Shown here piece by piece: positions 25,541 through 38,604 of a stretch of DNA of 64,000 bases (position 1 is its first letter; every line of letters begins with the position of its first letter). Under the pieces are notes generated by a model. That model was not told the DNA's origin. It was given only the letters and a program-made list of their open reading frames with translations, and did not search any database. The position numbers and the translations under genes were made by a program. Where the stretch lies: positions 1,240,001 through 1,304,000 of the forward strand of contig NW_027270972.1 of NCBI RefSeq assembly GCF_040938485.1, written 5' to 3'. The stretch is from Diadema antillarum (lineage: Eukaryota).

Positions 25541-26203
25541 ACTTTGCTGATGTACGTGTTCCACTAACATGTCTGCATTAATTCTCTCAGTCTACATATA
25601 CAAATGATGGGTTTTATTTTCCGTACAGCAAGACAGTTTGAAATCAAATTAAGAACTGTTTGCATATATCAGTCTGAAGATTCATAGGTGCTTATATGCT
25701 GTATGAGACTCTTGGACTTGAACTCTTTGATAATTCATTTATCAAGTAATTCATGGCTGACATAAAATCAATTTGAAGTGACACTGATTCTTGATTGATT
25801 GACTGTCTATCAAGAGGCTGTCTACTCCAGATGTCAACCAGCTCTCCATAGAGCACTCAAAATGAAGAGTTACGTACAAATGACCACATGAAGTGCAGCT
25901 TCAATCAATGCCATAAGCACAGACAGTCATATCTCTGTACCTGTTATGATGTCATCATTGATCACATGTATCATGAATATTCATAACTATTCATGAACTA
26001 CTAAGTAGTGCCTGACCAGGGCCAGAAGGTTGTAGCCTACCTCAATTCCCACTCATTTTATTCATTTTCCCCACCCAATTTGTGTTTTCTTTCTTTCCAC
26101 CCCAATTTATTCATTTTTAAAAATATTTGCTTGCCATTTGATATGCTATAGTGATCCATAACTTAGTGAACAGTGATCTGAAAATAAGCACAGTAAGTGA
26201 GTT

Positions 26204-26793
26204 ACGGTTTGTTATCCCTATTTAAAGGTTTGTTATTCTGAAGGTCAGATTAATTCAAAAATCAAAAAGATCCATTACTCTGAAGGTTTGCAGTTCGAAT
26301 AGTGAAATACATTATTCTTAGGGTTCATTAATCTGAAAATGAAATAAGCTTCATAATTCCAAAGGTTTGTCGAATCCACACTTGAAAAAAGGTTAGTAAT
26401 TCTGAAGGTTTGTTAATCTGAAAACAAAATTAAGTTCATAATTTCAAAGGTTGTTAGTATACACCTTCTTTTCTTTTTCGGATGAACAAACCTTATTTCA
26501 TTTTCAGATTAATGAACCTTCAGAAAAATGAGCCATTTTTCATTTTGGAATAAAGAACCTTATTTCAGTTTTGGATAAACTAGACTTTAAGATAAACCTT
26601 ATTCATTTTTGGAATTATGAAACATCAGAATAAAGAATCTTTAGAATAGTATCACAAATGTTTGCATTATCAAACCCTTTTTCATGTTCGGATTAATGAC
26701 CATCTTGGTATATGGACTACATGTATACCTGTTTCCGAATGACAAATTTTATTTCATTTTCAGATAAACAAACCTTCAGAATAATAAACATTA
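26204..26793. mobile_element. Mirror-structured short-repeat MITE, copy 2
   Basis: Same unit and mirror organisation as 20993-21575. Confidence 0.65.
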
Positions 26794-27568
26794 CACATTT
26801 AATGGAGTTTCTCCTCCCATGTATACATATATAAAATTGACAATTAAGTTTCCCTACCTTATCCCTAAGAGATGGTGCCTCAGTGTTTGAAATGAAAATA
26901 GATGTTAGTTTTGTTTTTTGTTTTTTTCAGGGAAGTTACAGCACTGATTGGTAACAAGAGCATTTGGCATATTATATGGAACACGTACTGGTGTTGAAAT
27001 TCAATTCATATTTTTTCAACCCTGTTTAAAAAATTCATGACAACTGTGTTTGCTTGTGTGTGCTTATAATCAATGTGCCTGGTTATGCGCATGTATGCAT
27101 GTTCATGTTTGTACATGTGTGCTGTAGGTGTGTGCATTCAGGGTGTGTCCGATGACTCTTTAATGTATAGATAGATCTTGCACCATTGTCGGAGTGCAGG
27201 AAGGCAACGTCTGAAAGGCGTCCCATAGGATGTCAAAATAGAATGTCCGCAGTGTAAACAGTGTGTTCTACAAATCTTCTCATATTGTCATGTCCCACCA
27301 ACCCTGGAATGAGTCATTTCTTGTGTCTTGCTCTAAACACATTAAAAAGGGATGTATACACGTAGCCCCTGAATATGGCAAAACAGAAAAGTCTGCAACC
27401 TCCTTCTATTTTAAGTCTTTGAGTGCTGTTTAGAAGTACGGTAGAAGGACTTGGTGGGAAAGAAACTAACATGACAAAAGTGTGGTTTTCCAAACAGATG
27501 TTTTATGCATTTAAATCTGATGAGTTTGTAGGCATATTCAGTGTTTACAGTTTGTTGATTTGTGTGTG

Positions 27569-27933
27569 TAAAGGCATAATTTACCATTTGCAGATGAAAC
27601 AAAAATCCAGCATTGGTGCTTTAGAATAGTTCTAAAATGTGAGTAAGGGATAGAAACAATGACTGTAAAAATTTGAATCAGTATGATCGTTACTTTTGCT
27701 AAATATACAAAACGTGAACAATAGTTATGATAAAAATGTTTCCAGACTAAACCGTCTACAGTTATGGTTTACTGAGAAAAATGCTTATTTATCTCTTTAT
27801 ATTTTAGGCTTTATTGCAAAAATTTTATATGGTAGGATGTTTTGTAATACAACAAATCTACACATATGCATCAAATGTGATATCTTGAACATTTTTTAAA
27901 TCACTGCTCCCAAAGGTAAACATGACCTTTTAA
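27569..27933 (+). mobile_element. Kolobok-like MITE, family K3, uninterrupted copy
   Basis: taaaggcataatttaccatt ... aaggtaaacatgacctt-TTAA; aligns with both halves of 22798-24025. Confidence 0.75.
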
Positions 27934-28121
27934 AGACAAAGAATATGCCATAAAGATCATCAGAAATTGTTCCTTGGTGTGATAATATCCATATTATCAT
28001 GTGTCTCAATGTCACTGAGGTAGATGCTGCCATAAGAGTGTAATTGTATCACATTCCCTGTTGCATAGTGATCATGTAGTCCCTCGTGGTTAAAGAGGAA
28101 TATTTACCCCCAAACATAAAA

Positions 28122-28295
28122 TACTGTAAAACCGGAAATGTTTGCGTGCATTTTAATTTCGCAAATTTCGCGAGAACCAAGATTCGTGAAATTAAAATGC
28201 ATACAAAAGTTCTTGTTTACACTATATGCATTGAATGCCAGTAGCAATTCTCAAAAATTTCCTGTCGCTGAAATATCTTGTTCAGTGAATACAGA
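28122..28295. mobile_element. TA-flanked MITE (TACTGTAAA family)
   Basis: tactgtaaaaccggaaat start; degenerate right end; internal gagaaccaagattcgtgaaa. Confidence 0.55.
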
Positions 28296-28836
28296 ATTAT
28301 CAGTTGAACACATCAGTGGAGTTGGGGGAAAGTCAGACGATCAACTTTATAAATTCATATTATGGTTAAATTCATGTGTCACCATAACTATCATAAGAAA
28401 GCTACAGCAATTTGTAATGTCACTATAGTAGAATGATATCAAGAAACTAAGAAGTAGTGAATACAAAGTGATGGAGTGCATTATGGGTAAGGAAAAAGAA
28501 ACACCACATAGACCGGGATGTGTGGCCTCAATATTATTTGATCTTATTTTATATAGTCTTGTTTATAAACATTACATTGAATCATAATGTCACAAGATGT
28601 TGTTTTGGGGGGTCACTCTTGAACAATTGATAAATATTGGCTCTACCAGGTATATTTAGAAAAAATTCATGCACTATTGCATACTCATTGATCTCAAGCA
28701 GGAAAATTGCTATGTTTCAGCTCACTTAGTATGTGCACCCTGAGGTGTGAAACTGCCACAGTATCTGCACTATTTTCAGAGCCAGTTTCTTTGTACCTTT
28801 AGCAGGCATCACATCTGTTGAATTTAATTGATATTA

Positions 28837-29158
28837 AGGAGCTTTAGATTTTGACGCGCAGACGTTTGAGACGACGAGTGCGCTGGATGTTCTACTCTCT
28901 CCTGCGTCGTGTAGAAAAGTAGCTTTAGATTACGCTGGGACGCAACGTATAAAAAATAAAATTGCGCCCCCATATGATCGGTGCATGAAGTAGCTCTCTA
29001 CGTCGCAAACTGTGCGGACGTAAAAATAGCCCAGTACGTGTTGTGAAACACTCAGGCGACGCAAGCTAAAAATAGATCGACTTGACGCGCGCTTCTGCGC
29101 ATGCTCAGAACATGTTTTTTCCCTCTGAACGTCCGCGCGTCTAAAATCTAAAGCTCCC
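28837..29158. mobile_element. PIF/Harbinger-like MITE
   Basis: (a)ggagctttagattttgacgcgc ... gcgcgtctaaaatctaaagctccc TIRs with TWA-type flanks (TTA/TAA). Confidence 0.75.
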
Positions 29159-29186
29159 TAATTATATCATAAACTCATAAATGTTT

Positions 29187-29277
29187 TTAACCCGTTGACA
29201 AGTCCCAAGTATACTCGGGCAGGTGTCTGTGGGAAATGCATGTCGTAACAAAACCAGTCCATCCTTAAACGGGTTAA
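29187..29277 (+). mobile_element. About 90-bp piggyBac-like MITE, copy B
   Basis: TTAA-CCCGTT ... AACGGG-TTAA. Confidence 0.85.
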
Positions 29278-29329
29278 GATTATAGAATGAATTTGATAAT
29301 TGAGCCAAAGTAAATCAAACCTCATGTAG

Positions 29330-29551
29330 TACTGTAAACGCAGACATTTTCGAGGTACATTAATTTTCGCTTGTTGCACACTACTTCTGGCAAGCGGGAA
29401 TTCTAAAGCCTGCAAAAATATCTTCACAAATTTTTCTGCACATTGTGAATGGATTGACAATTGTGCGACGTGAATTCAACAACCCGCAAATATGTTTTGG
29501 AGCCGTGTAGCGCGAAAAATTAATCACATGAAAATATTGACATTTACAGTA
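29330..29551. mobile_element. TA-flanked MITE (TACTGTAAA family)
   Basis: TACTGTAAAcg ... caTTTACAGTA termini. Confidence 0.7.
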
Positions 29552-29673
29552 ATTATTTTGGTGAACACAGGTGTGTACCTAACCTTTGATACATGCAAAC
29601 ATCAAATGGCCCAAAAGAATTTATGGCAAGTACATACATGTATCATACACACTAGAGTGTTAATGAATACTCT

Positions 29674-29849
29674 CAGGGGCGGATCCAGGAATTCTGTAAG
29701 GGGGGGTGGGGGGGGGGGGGGGCGTGACTAATATTTCTGGTGCCACTTCCGGATTTCATTTTTTTTCTTTTTATTTCTTTTGTTTTAAACGAAAAATAAA
29801 GGGGGGGGGGTGTGTGCGCCGGTTGCGCCCCCCTCTGGATCCGCCACTG
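29674..29849. mobile_element. Short CAGGGGCGGATCCAG-type MITE with internal G tracts
   Basis: caggggcggatccagg ... tctggatccgccactg termini; direct repeat ACTCT on both sides. Confidence 0.75.
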
Positions 29850-31453
29850 ACTCTTGAAGTTAGTACAGTGGAATGTTAGGTCTGGTCATCCCCAAACTAG
29901 CATGCACTATACAAGGCAATACATCACACCTCTAATTAGTGTTCAGGCGATGCAAATTGAATTGGCATCATCAATTACTGAGTAGGATGTGTCACATCAT
30001 GGAACATGGTCACTGAGCACGGTGTTATGGCCCAGATCGAGCACTGCTATTATACCGCCATCGATAGGTAGTTAGCACATTTGCCGAGAAATGGTTTGCA
30101 TTTTGCTTGACAGTGATGAGACAATTACCCACTGCTGTGAGGATGGGAAATTCTCATTCCATGCACCATGCCCCTCAATTAGTCCTCCTCCCTGATGTAT
30201 TAGAGATATCATCAGTGTTTAACCCATCACCTCTCAGGAACTATATTTCTGTGATTTAGTGCTGTTTCTTTCTAGTATAATATTGTATTATATTTAATTG
30301 ATGATGTTCATAAGGTAGAGTAAAAAAAAAAATCATTTTTCATTTTAGCATTTTTGTCATTCATTGTCTATAATTGCTTAGTTCATTTCCCAAATTCAAA
30401 TTGCTAAATTTTGTAACTGATTATTAAATTGGCAATGCATTGTAAAAGATTGAATTTCAACTTCAGATTTTCATCTTGACAAATTTCTGTTCTGATTTTC
30501 CTTCTGATTTTGTGCAGATCCTTAAAAAAATTAACCAGCTTTATCTAATGTTGCCAATTTAATGATGGCAAATGATGATTTCTGCAGCAAAATTCCCCAG
30601 GATTTGATAGGTTGAATAAAGATTCATCCTGGAAAAGCATAGTGTTTTGAATGACAATGCAGCGAAATAAGAACAAGAGAGTATAGCAACTAGAATAGAC
30701 ACTTCAAAGAATTTAAAGGAAAATTTTGATCTTTCGAATGTCAATTATATCAATGATGCAACCAATAACAAATGATTGTGAAAATAATGTATCAGTCATA
30801 ACTTAATGCCCTCTAAAAAAATTATAACAAGCAACTCCCCCAAATATTTGGAGCACCCTAGAGTTATAATATTGTTGGCCGGTAGTACATACATTGTATC
30901 TATCCCAGATATGCCTATGGAGTGATTAAATAACACAATAAGATTGGTAGAGTTGATTGTGTGAATTCTGTATTTTCATTCATCACATAAACATTGAGAA
31001 GGAAAATAATCGTAAAACACATAATTGTTACATACAGAATGCTTGGTGTTACTCTCACCAATCTACAAAAATCCAAGTAGAATGAGAAAAATGGACATTA
31101 GTTGGGGCTTATTCACAAGTGATCATATCATCTATCATACCATTATGTCTTGATACCTCTTACAAAAGGTTCTTCCACTTTATATAGAAATATAGATTGA
31201 CCATGTTTGATATGTCTAAATTTTTCTGAAAGTATTGACTTCTGTTTCAGAAGATATGCCAAAAATATTGCTGTTTTTGTAGTCATTGAATAATTAAGGT
31301 TTTTTTCAAGGGAAATGTCAAATAAAGGAAATTTTATCAACTTATCAGGTGAGGAGTATAATTCACAAGAGGTGGCCATTCTAGTTAACACCTTGACAGA
31401 CAAGTGACCATTAAAAATTTTCAATTATCTTATTTCACTCATCATCTGGTGAC

Positions 31454-31915
31454 CTTAAAAAGAAATCCACTCCAATATTTTATCACTTCCATAAGGAAGA
31501 AAAAAAAATCCCTGCAGAACAGTGCTGAAAATGATTAAGAGCAAATAAGAAATAAGGAAGTTCTGACATTTTGAAATTTCAATTTTTTTTGGGAAAATAC
31601 TTCTTCACCAACCAATATGAATATTGAAATCAGCAAGGTGTTGATGTCATGCTCTCACAATTTCTTATTCATTTCATATACAGAAATGACAAAAATCTCA
31701 TATTTCAGCTGTCCAGATGTAAAACTTACCTTAAAACCACCCTCGAAAAAGGGGGTAAAATGTTATCTCTGATATACATGGTATGGGAATAATTATGCTT
31801 TTGCTTGTTTTAGCTGAAAATAGTAATATTCTGAATTACATGAAAAATCGTGAGGGAATGACATCGCTGATGACATCATCAACTCGCTCATTTGAATATT
31901 CATAAGGATGTTTCC
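31454..31915 (+). mobile_element. Degenerate Kolobok-type repeat fragment
   Basis: ttaaaaagaaatccactcc start and gatgacatcatcaactcgctcatttgaatattcat motif, recalled as typical of echinoid TTAA repeats. No intact right TIR seen. Confidence 0.35.
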
Positions 31916-32696
31916 AGTTCTGTTATTATTAGGAAAGGTCTGAATTACCTACTTGTATAATATACCAACTTATGAAAGGAATCTAATTCTCAGGGTTGCA
32001 AATAGGGACACACAAAACTTTATTAAAATCTCCAGAAGTCAACCGAATATTCCCACCACACTGTGAACTGCTTCCTCTCGTAACCCTGGTGCCCGCAGAC
32101 GGAGGCAATGTGCACGACTCTATATTTATCTCCCGTAATCTTCATGGCTGCAATTAGCTGTGTGGCAGTGAATCATGTTGCAAGTTTATTCTCAAATCAG
32201 ACCAATGTGTACAATTTTTTTTTTCCCACAACCTTTTGCAAGCATTGAAGTTGCTGCATGCAGCCTACACTGGCCACTGTGTGAGTTTGAGTGACAACAG
32301 AATGTGTATTGGTATTTTGGCAAGCTCTGTGATCATGGAACAATTGCACATGGCGAAGCACAGCATTATCTGACACACAGTTTTCTTAGTTATTTCAGAT
32401 AATGTACATTAGATTTCTCAATTTTTTTATTTTCGTGAATTTCACAAGTTAGGTGCCATTCCCTAATTTAACAGCATGCAAAGTTATTAAGTCAGACCTT
32501 GATATGAATGTGATATGCACACATACATGTACATTTCTCCCTTCAGTATGTTACTCTATGATTTTGAATTTAACCACTTGTGAAATTGTCATGAACTTCC
32601 ATTTCATGAGAAATTAGACTCCCTAAATATATGGCATATATATCTATACAATAGTAAATGCTTTTGAGGATTCTGCATAATGAAGCAGAGCTGTAA

Positions 32697-32750
<54 letters not shown>
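32697..32750. repeat. (CA)n microsatellite
   Basis: Directly visible. Confidence 0.95.
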
Positions 32751-32751
<1 letters not shown>

Positions 32752-34318
32752 GTACACACACATACCATCGTGTTTGTAATTTTTTATTCAGTTGTTCAGC
32801 ATTAAAACAGTTTCCTCTGTTTAGACTTGATATGTATTCATCCTTAATGATGGCTTCTTTCACATGCCATATGATTAAAGAAGATGCCTTACATTGCATT
32901 GTATTTTGAGGTGTTTTTTTTTTCTAAGGAAAAAACAAACAAATCAGTTGACATCATCCACATAACACATAACAGTATTTGTGTGAGTGATTTTTTTTTA
33001 CTCAATATCATTTCTTTTCTTTATTAATCTTGCATGCAGTTTACTGGTTTAGAGAAGCCTAGTATTGGAACTATGTTTGTAAACACACACTCACACACAT
33101 ACACTCTATAATTCCTATACTATGTATAAAATGTTGTATTCTGTAACTGTACTATCTAACTCTTTATGTGCCACGTTCTCATGCCCTACTTGGTCGACGG
33201 CATGCCAAGTTCGCATATTCTACTCAAACACATCTTGCCTTAACGTATCAATGAATCGCCAAACGCCACAGTACAATGAAAGCGTTGCTCACGATTCAGT
33301 TCCTGTCACATGTAGCTTGCATTTTATCAGGCAATTGACTATCAAGTTGTGTTCCTGATTGGATTTGCGAGTAAATTTTAAGTTTATGTCACGGTTTGTG
33401 TGCAAAAGTGGAAATGCCTGTACAATAATGTGATACAGCTACTGGTCATTTGGCTGAAAAACAAACATGGATTTGTCATATAATTTACACGAAAGCAAAG
33501 CTTGGCATTTTCTCTACAACATTGCTCATTACATGTCAAGGTTAACAAAAAATCTATAAAAGTTATTTAGATTTAAAAAACAGAATGTTTTACTGAAACA
33601 TGACTACATTGGTGTCTCAGAATAACATGGCACACAGGGGGTTTTCACCATGACACATAAAGAGGTAAACTACATAGACTCACAGAAGAATAGCCATTGG
33701 CTGAAATGAGTGACCCATGGTGAAAAAAATATATATACATGTATACTCAAACTCAAACTCAAACTCAAACATAGAGTGAGTGGCAAGATTTACTTTATGA
33801 TAGTCTATTTTATGTTGCAACATTACCTGGGGCCATCTTCCTAGTCAAGCTCTGCTTATGAAGATTGTCCCCTGAATTTCAAGTAGTTTCTCAATTTTTT
33901 GTCAAAGTGTTTGCTCTATTAATGTACCCTCAATATGACATCGCATTGTGTCTTTGCTTTGTATGTTTTTCCTACGATTGTATTACATGTACTGTATATT
34001 GGCACGTGAAATTCATGTGGACGCATTGTTTTCTGCGAGCTAGCTTTGTACAGATACGAACTCGAGTGTCCCACTATGCAAAAGACTGACAATCAATCTT
34101 TATTCTGGATGAAGGTATTGTATATCATCATCAACACTTTTTTTTCACAATGGGACGCTCACTTCACTTCACTTAACAATTTCTTAACTTTTGAACAGAT
34201 TGTCCAATTTTGTCAAACTTACTTGATGTGTTTTTCTACTATTTCTGCATTCATTGAATCCAAATATATGTTTGGTCAAATGTCCCTTTAAGGGTCTAAG
34301 ATGTCATGTGGACAGAAG

Positions 34319-34411
34319 TTAACCCATTGAGAATGAGCCAATGTGGCTACAACATGCATTTCCCATAGACACCTGCCAGAGTATACTTGGGACTCGTCTG
34401 CGACGGGTTAA
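34319..34411 (-). mobile_element. About 90-bp piggyBac-like MITE, copy C
   Basis: TTAA-CCC ... GGG-TTAA; the interior is the reverse complement of copy B. Confidence 0.85.
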
Positions 34412-35474
34412 AATTCAAAGTCTTGAATGAGTAACCAGGTCTTTTATATCATAGCAGTGACATAAGATAGTCGAAGTTAGACCTACATCTGTTCATAGGA
34501 AACTCCATTGCGGATCTCTTTTCGTAGAAGGAACCCGCAGTGTGGTCATAGGGAATTAGGTGAGAGATTACCATCACGTTAATTGCACTTTTGTGACACC
34601 AACGACTCCGATCCGCAGAGGGAGTGGGACTTGTTAGAATTACGTTTGTTCTGCACAGTGGAACGCGTGTTTGAGGTGAGGGTCCGAGATGCTTTTCCCA
34701 GCATAAAAACCTACATGCTATGTGTAGACTGTGAGTCATGCTAACAGGTAGAATTCTCCAAAGAACAGTCATGGCACCTTTTCCTTTTTCTGTGTACATT
34801 TACATTGTATTATTTTTTGCCTCCTTGTTCCAACAACCGCCTTTTATTGCAACTTCCCTCTCCCTCATTCAAAGCTTTGTGATCTTGGAAAAACTTAAAG
34901 GACTCTTGCCTTAGCATCAGTGGCACATAAAATTTAAGGGCATTTTACCTGAACCAACAATTGATAGAGCTGTGTTAATACAAGAAAGTCCAAATCATTC
35001 AAATCTATGGGTATTTTGGGACTGGACACCTAGCCCTTCGAGGATACACAGAATCTTTATGCCATACTCACTGGCACTCAGAGACTTTTTTTTTGCAATT
35101 TTGTTACACTTGTTAAAATCAATCATTATCATCAATATTGTCTATCATTTTCCATAAACCCTAAAGCCATTTCAAAGGTAACCCATCATTTGTCTGACCT
35201 AGCACCAAAATGATTCCTAGTGTGAACAGAGTCACTGAAATAAGAGGTGAAATCAATCTCTTCTATTATACGTCACTTGACCCAGAAATGTTGAGTTCAC
35301 ACTTACAATGCCTCTTCCTCTGTTCTGTTACCAATTCTTTCTCGCAACATCCAGATACAATAACTGACGACCTATAGATACACTAAGCAGCATTACATCT
35401 AATTGAGTAACTCCTAGAGCTATACAAATCTTTCATCAGTTTTGATTTCTCATCGATTGATTCAGAACTGATAC

Positions 35475-35524
35475 AACTTGGGAGTATACTAAATCAGAAA
35501 ACTTGGGAGTATACTAAATCAGAA
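35475..35524 (+). repeat. Tandem duplication of a 25-bp unit
   Basis: aacttgggagtatactaaatcagaa twice. Confidence 0.9.
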
Positions 35525-36857
35525 TACTTGTGCCAAATTTTGCTTGCTGATAAAACTTACACCAAATTAGGAGTTTTTGCCTGTGTTTGCCAGTGCTGAA
35601 GGCAGGTTATGGTAACCTTTAAGAGCTGCAGATGTGCCAAAATGCCCTTCAGCAAAATGACAAGTCAGTTCGGCAGAGAACACGGCCCCTCATAGCCTTC
35701 GGCAACTGTTAGTCTTGCAGTCTGCTACTCTTGTACCCCGCTGTCCCACGCATGCAGCCTGATATGGGTGTTTACGATCTGGGGAGATTTTGGTTGGCTT
35801 TAGCATTCTGTCAACATGTTGCCCAGAAGGATTAAAGTTCTTGCCATGGATTCATTCATTTTGGACATTTATAAAAAGATTTTCGCCAAATCCCCAAAAT
35901 ATTTATGGTCGATGTTTCCTGTCTTGCTTTAAGATGTATTAATAAAGTATAAAACGTATCAGAAAAGGTTTATAACAGGTAGTCAACATAATTTTTTGAT
36001 GACAATATGACCAACTATGCTGTAGGTGTAAGAAATATGATTACAGTTCAAACTTTTTGTGTGTGCTAGGTCTTGATTTACAATTTGTAAAAGTGTCAGT
36101 GATTGTAATAACCATCAGACTGTAAAATATTGATTAATTGGATGTCTTCACAGCATGGAAATATAAAAGTTGTAAATCTTGTATAGATGGAATGATGTCT
36201 TAGTTTGAAGATTATAAAACCCCAAACATATAGGGATATATATTCATATCATTCCTATGTATTCCTAGGAGTACATGAACATATATTCTTTCCATTCCTA
36301 CATATTCCTAGGAATATTTGGGAATAATTCCAAAGTATACTGTTGTCAGCTACATGTCAAATCTTTAAATATGGTAAACATTTTTTTTAAAGTAAAAATG
36401 AGAAGTATGCAATAATTCATTGGTATTGCCTTTTGTGCCTGTTGTAAAAAATGTTGTGTTGCTCATATCTGATGTTCAACATGCTGGCCTTGAAGTAATA
36501 ATTTACCTCAGAAGAAAAGCATGGTTGTCAGCACAGAGCCTGAACACAGATAATAATGTTATTTTGAGCCAAATTTCTGATATCTTCCTGAGGCCTTGGA
36601 TTTGCATGATAGGGGAGGGATATTTAAGATTATACATGTAACTTCAGTGGGCATTCTAGGGTCATGCTGAACTTTTGATATTGGGATGTTTTCTCTTCTT
36701 TATGTTAATTTCCTTATTTTTTAAAATAAAGTTTGGTGACCCTATATGGTGGATATGTGTGAAATGTACTATCTTTCTCAATATTCAGGATTAGACTCAC
36801 ACCTTTTTTTTTTATAGATTATTCACTTCCACTTTGAAATCTATATGGTATTTCTTT

Positions 36858-36951
36858 TTAACCCGTTGAGTCTATGAGCTGATTTTGCTACAACATGCAT
36901 TTCCCATAGACACTGCCTGAGTATATTTGGGACTTGCCCTCAACGGGTGAA
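36858..36951 (-). mobile_element. About 90-bp piggyBac-like MITE, copy D
   Basis: TTAA-CCCGTTGAG ... CTCAACGGG-TGAA; the interior matches copy C. Confidence 0.8.
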
Positions 36952-38424
36952 GAGTAATGCATGAAAGCTTTATATCATCCAACACTTTGAATTACTCTTA
37001 AAACTTTAATTAAGGTTAAAATCTGATCTAGAGGAATAAATAAATTTGCTTTGTGCTTGATCTGGTGATCAGCACTAAAGCTTTAGATGCACAAGGAATA
37101 GGAGGTTAGATGCACAAACACAAAAGGTAAAATTCAGAACACTGTCTTTGCATATTATGTGAGAAATCATAAGTTTCACGTTTTAAAACATTGTTAAACT
37201 GTGAAATGGTAGTTTGCTGTATCAGTCTTTTGAGATTTTAGCTGATCAAATGTCCTTTTTTGTGTGTGTGTTTTTTTTTTCCTTCAGTTTTCAATCATAC
37301 CAATCTGCTTTTTGTAAATGCCTGTGATTTTATCAGGCTTCATAGTTACAGGACAATTAATGTAACAAAGCTGCCAGTTTTAGTCAAATGTGGCCACTTT
37401 CTGGCAAGATAACTTTTCTAGTACCCATCTGGGGCCATCAAGTCAGTGAGCCACACTTATGATGCACCATTTTCATGGAAGATATCTACCATGTGGATGA
37501 TTTTCTAGAAGCATGTCATGCTTCAGAGGATGTGAAACACTTTATCTAAGAACGTGGTTGCCTCTGAGAATAAGATTTTTCATGGGTACCGTTTCCTTTG
37601 TGCCTGAAGAGACCCTTCGCATAATGCAATGCAGCTGTAAGCATTTTTATTGGAAGAGATGGGGGGTGGGGGGAGATGGGGATAAGAAAGATAGGAAGAC
37701 GGAGAAAAGGAAACATATTATGTGTGAATGGAACTCTGAAACACGTGTATTTCCATCTACTTTATTCTTCAGAGATTTAAGTGTGACTACGATATCACAT
37801 ACGGTACCATTTAAGAGTTCTGAGAATACGTGTAGATTCTGGCTTGAGATAATATCATGAGATGAAGTTGAGTACTGTATGCATTGTTGATAAAAAAATG
37901 AGGATAGTCCGGTTAGCGTTAAAAGTGAAGTTCCAACATAATTCCCTGCTCTGTTCTGCAGCTAGAATCTTTATGCTTGTAGAAGATCATGGGACTTATG
38001 CAGGAGAAAATTTTATCTTTGCAGTCAACTCTACACAGTAAATATCAGATTCAGGCTCATCCATCTGTTCAGCGCCTATTTTGTAGTTCGGAATTTTGCT
38101 TCCATATCTTATTGTACTATATTTCTGAGTATAGTACATGCTAGAAAAACAAGAACTACATCTGTTTTTACCACTGCAGTCTTTTGCATCCCAGTATTAA
38201 TGTCTATTAAGCCAGAAATATATTTTAGTGGAAAAAATAAACTTTTTTTATTTAGTGGTTGCTGTAAAGTTTTGAATATTGTTAATTTGAAGCAAAAGTA
38301 TCATGTGATTGGATCATTGCTTATGTCTGCACCCTTTTCACTCGTGGAAGAAGAATGAACTGTTATGTCTTTATTCAACCTTGTGATAAGTATTTTTTCT
38401 CAATGATATAAGAAGTCATTGATT

Positions 38425-38495
38425 TATTTTGTATGTTGAATATATATATTTTGTATGTTGAATATATATATTTTGTATGTTGAATATATATATTT
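38425..38495 (+). repeat. Minisatellite, 3 copies of about 22 bp, about 45 bp upstream of an exon
   Basis: tattttgtatgttgaatatata three times. Confidence 0.9.
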
Positions 38496-38541
38496 GTTAT
38501 AGAAGTTAATTTGTGATAATCTTCTTTTTTTTTTTACACAG

Positions 38542-38604
38542 TATGCTATGGAGGAATATCAACATCATCAAGTCAAGAGCAAAAAGCAACCGATTACAGA
38601 AAAG
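38542..38604 (+). CDS. Coding exon, 63 nt, phase 2-2: MLWRNINIIKSRAKSNRLQK(R)
   Basis: Strong T-rich acceptor ...tttttacacAG and donor AAG|gtaaga; in frame with exon 40621. Confidence 0.8.
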
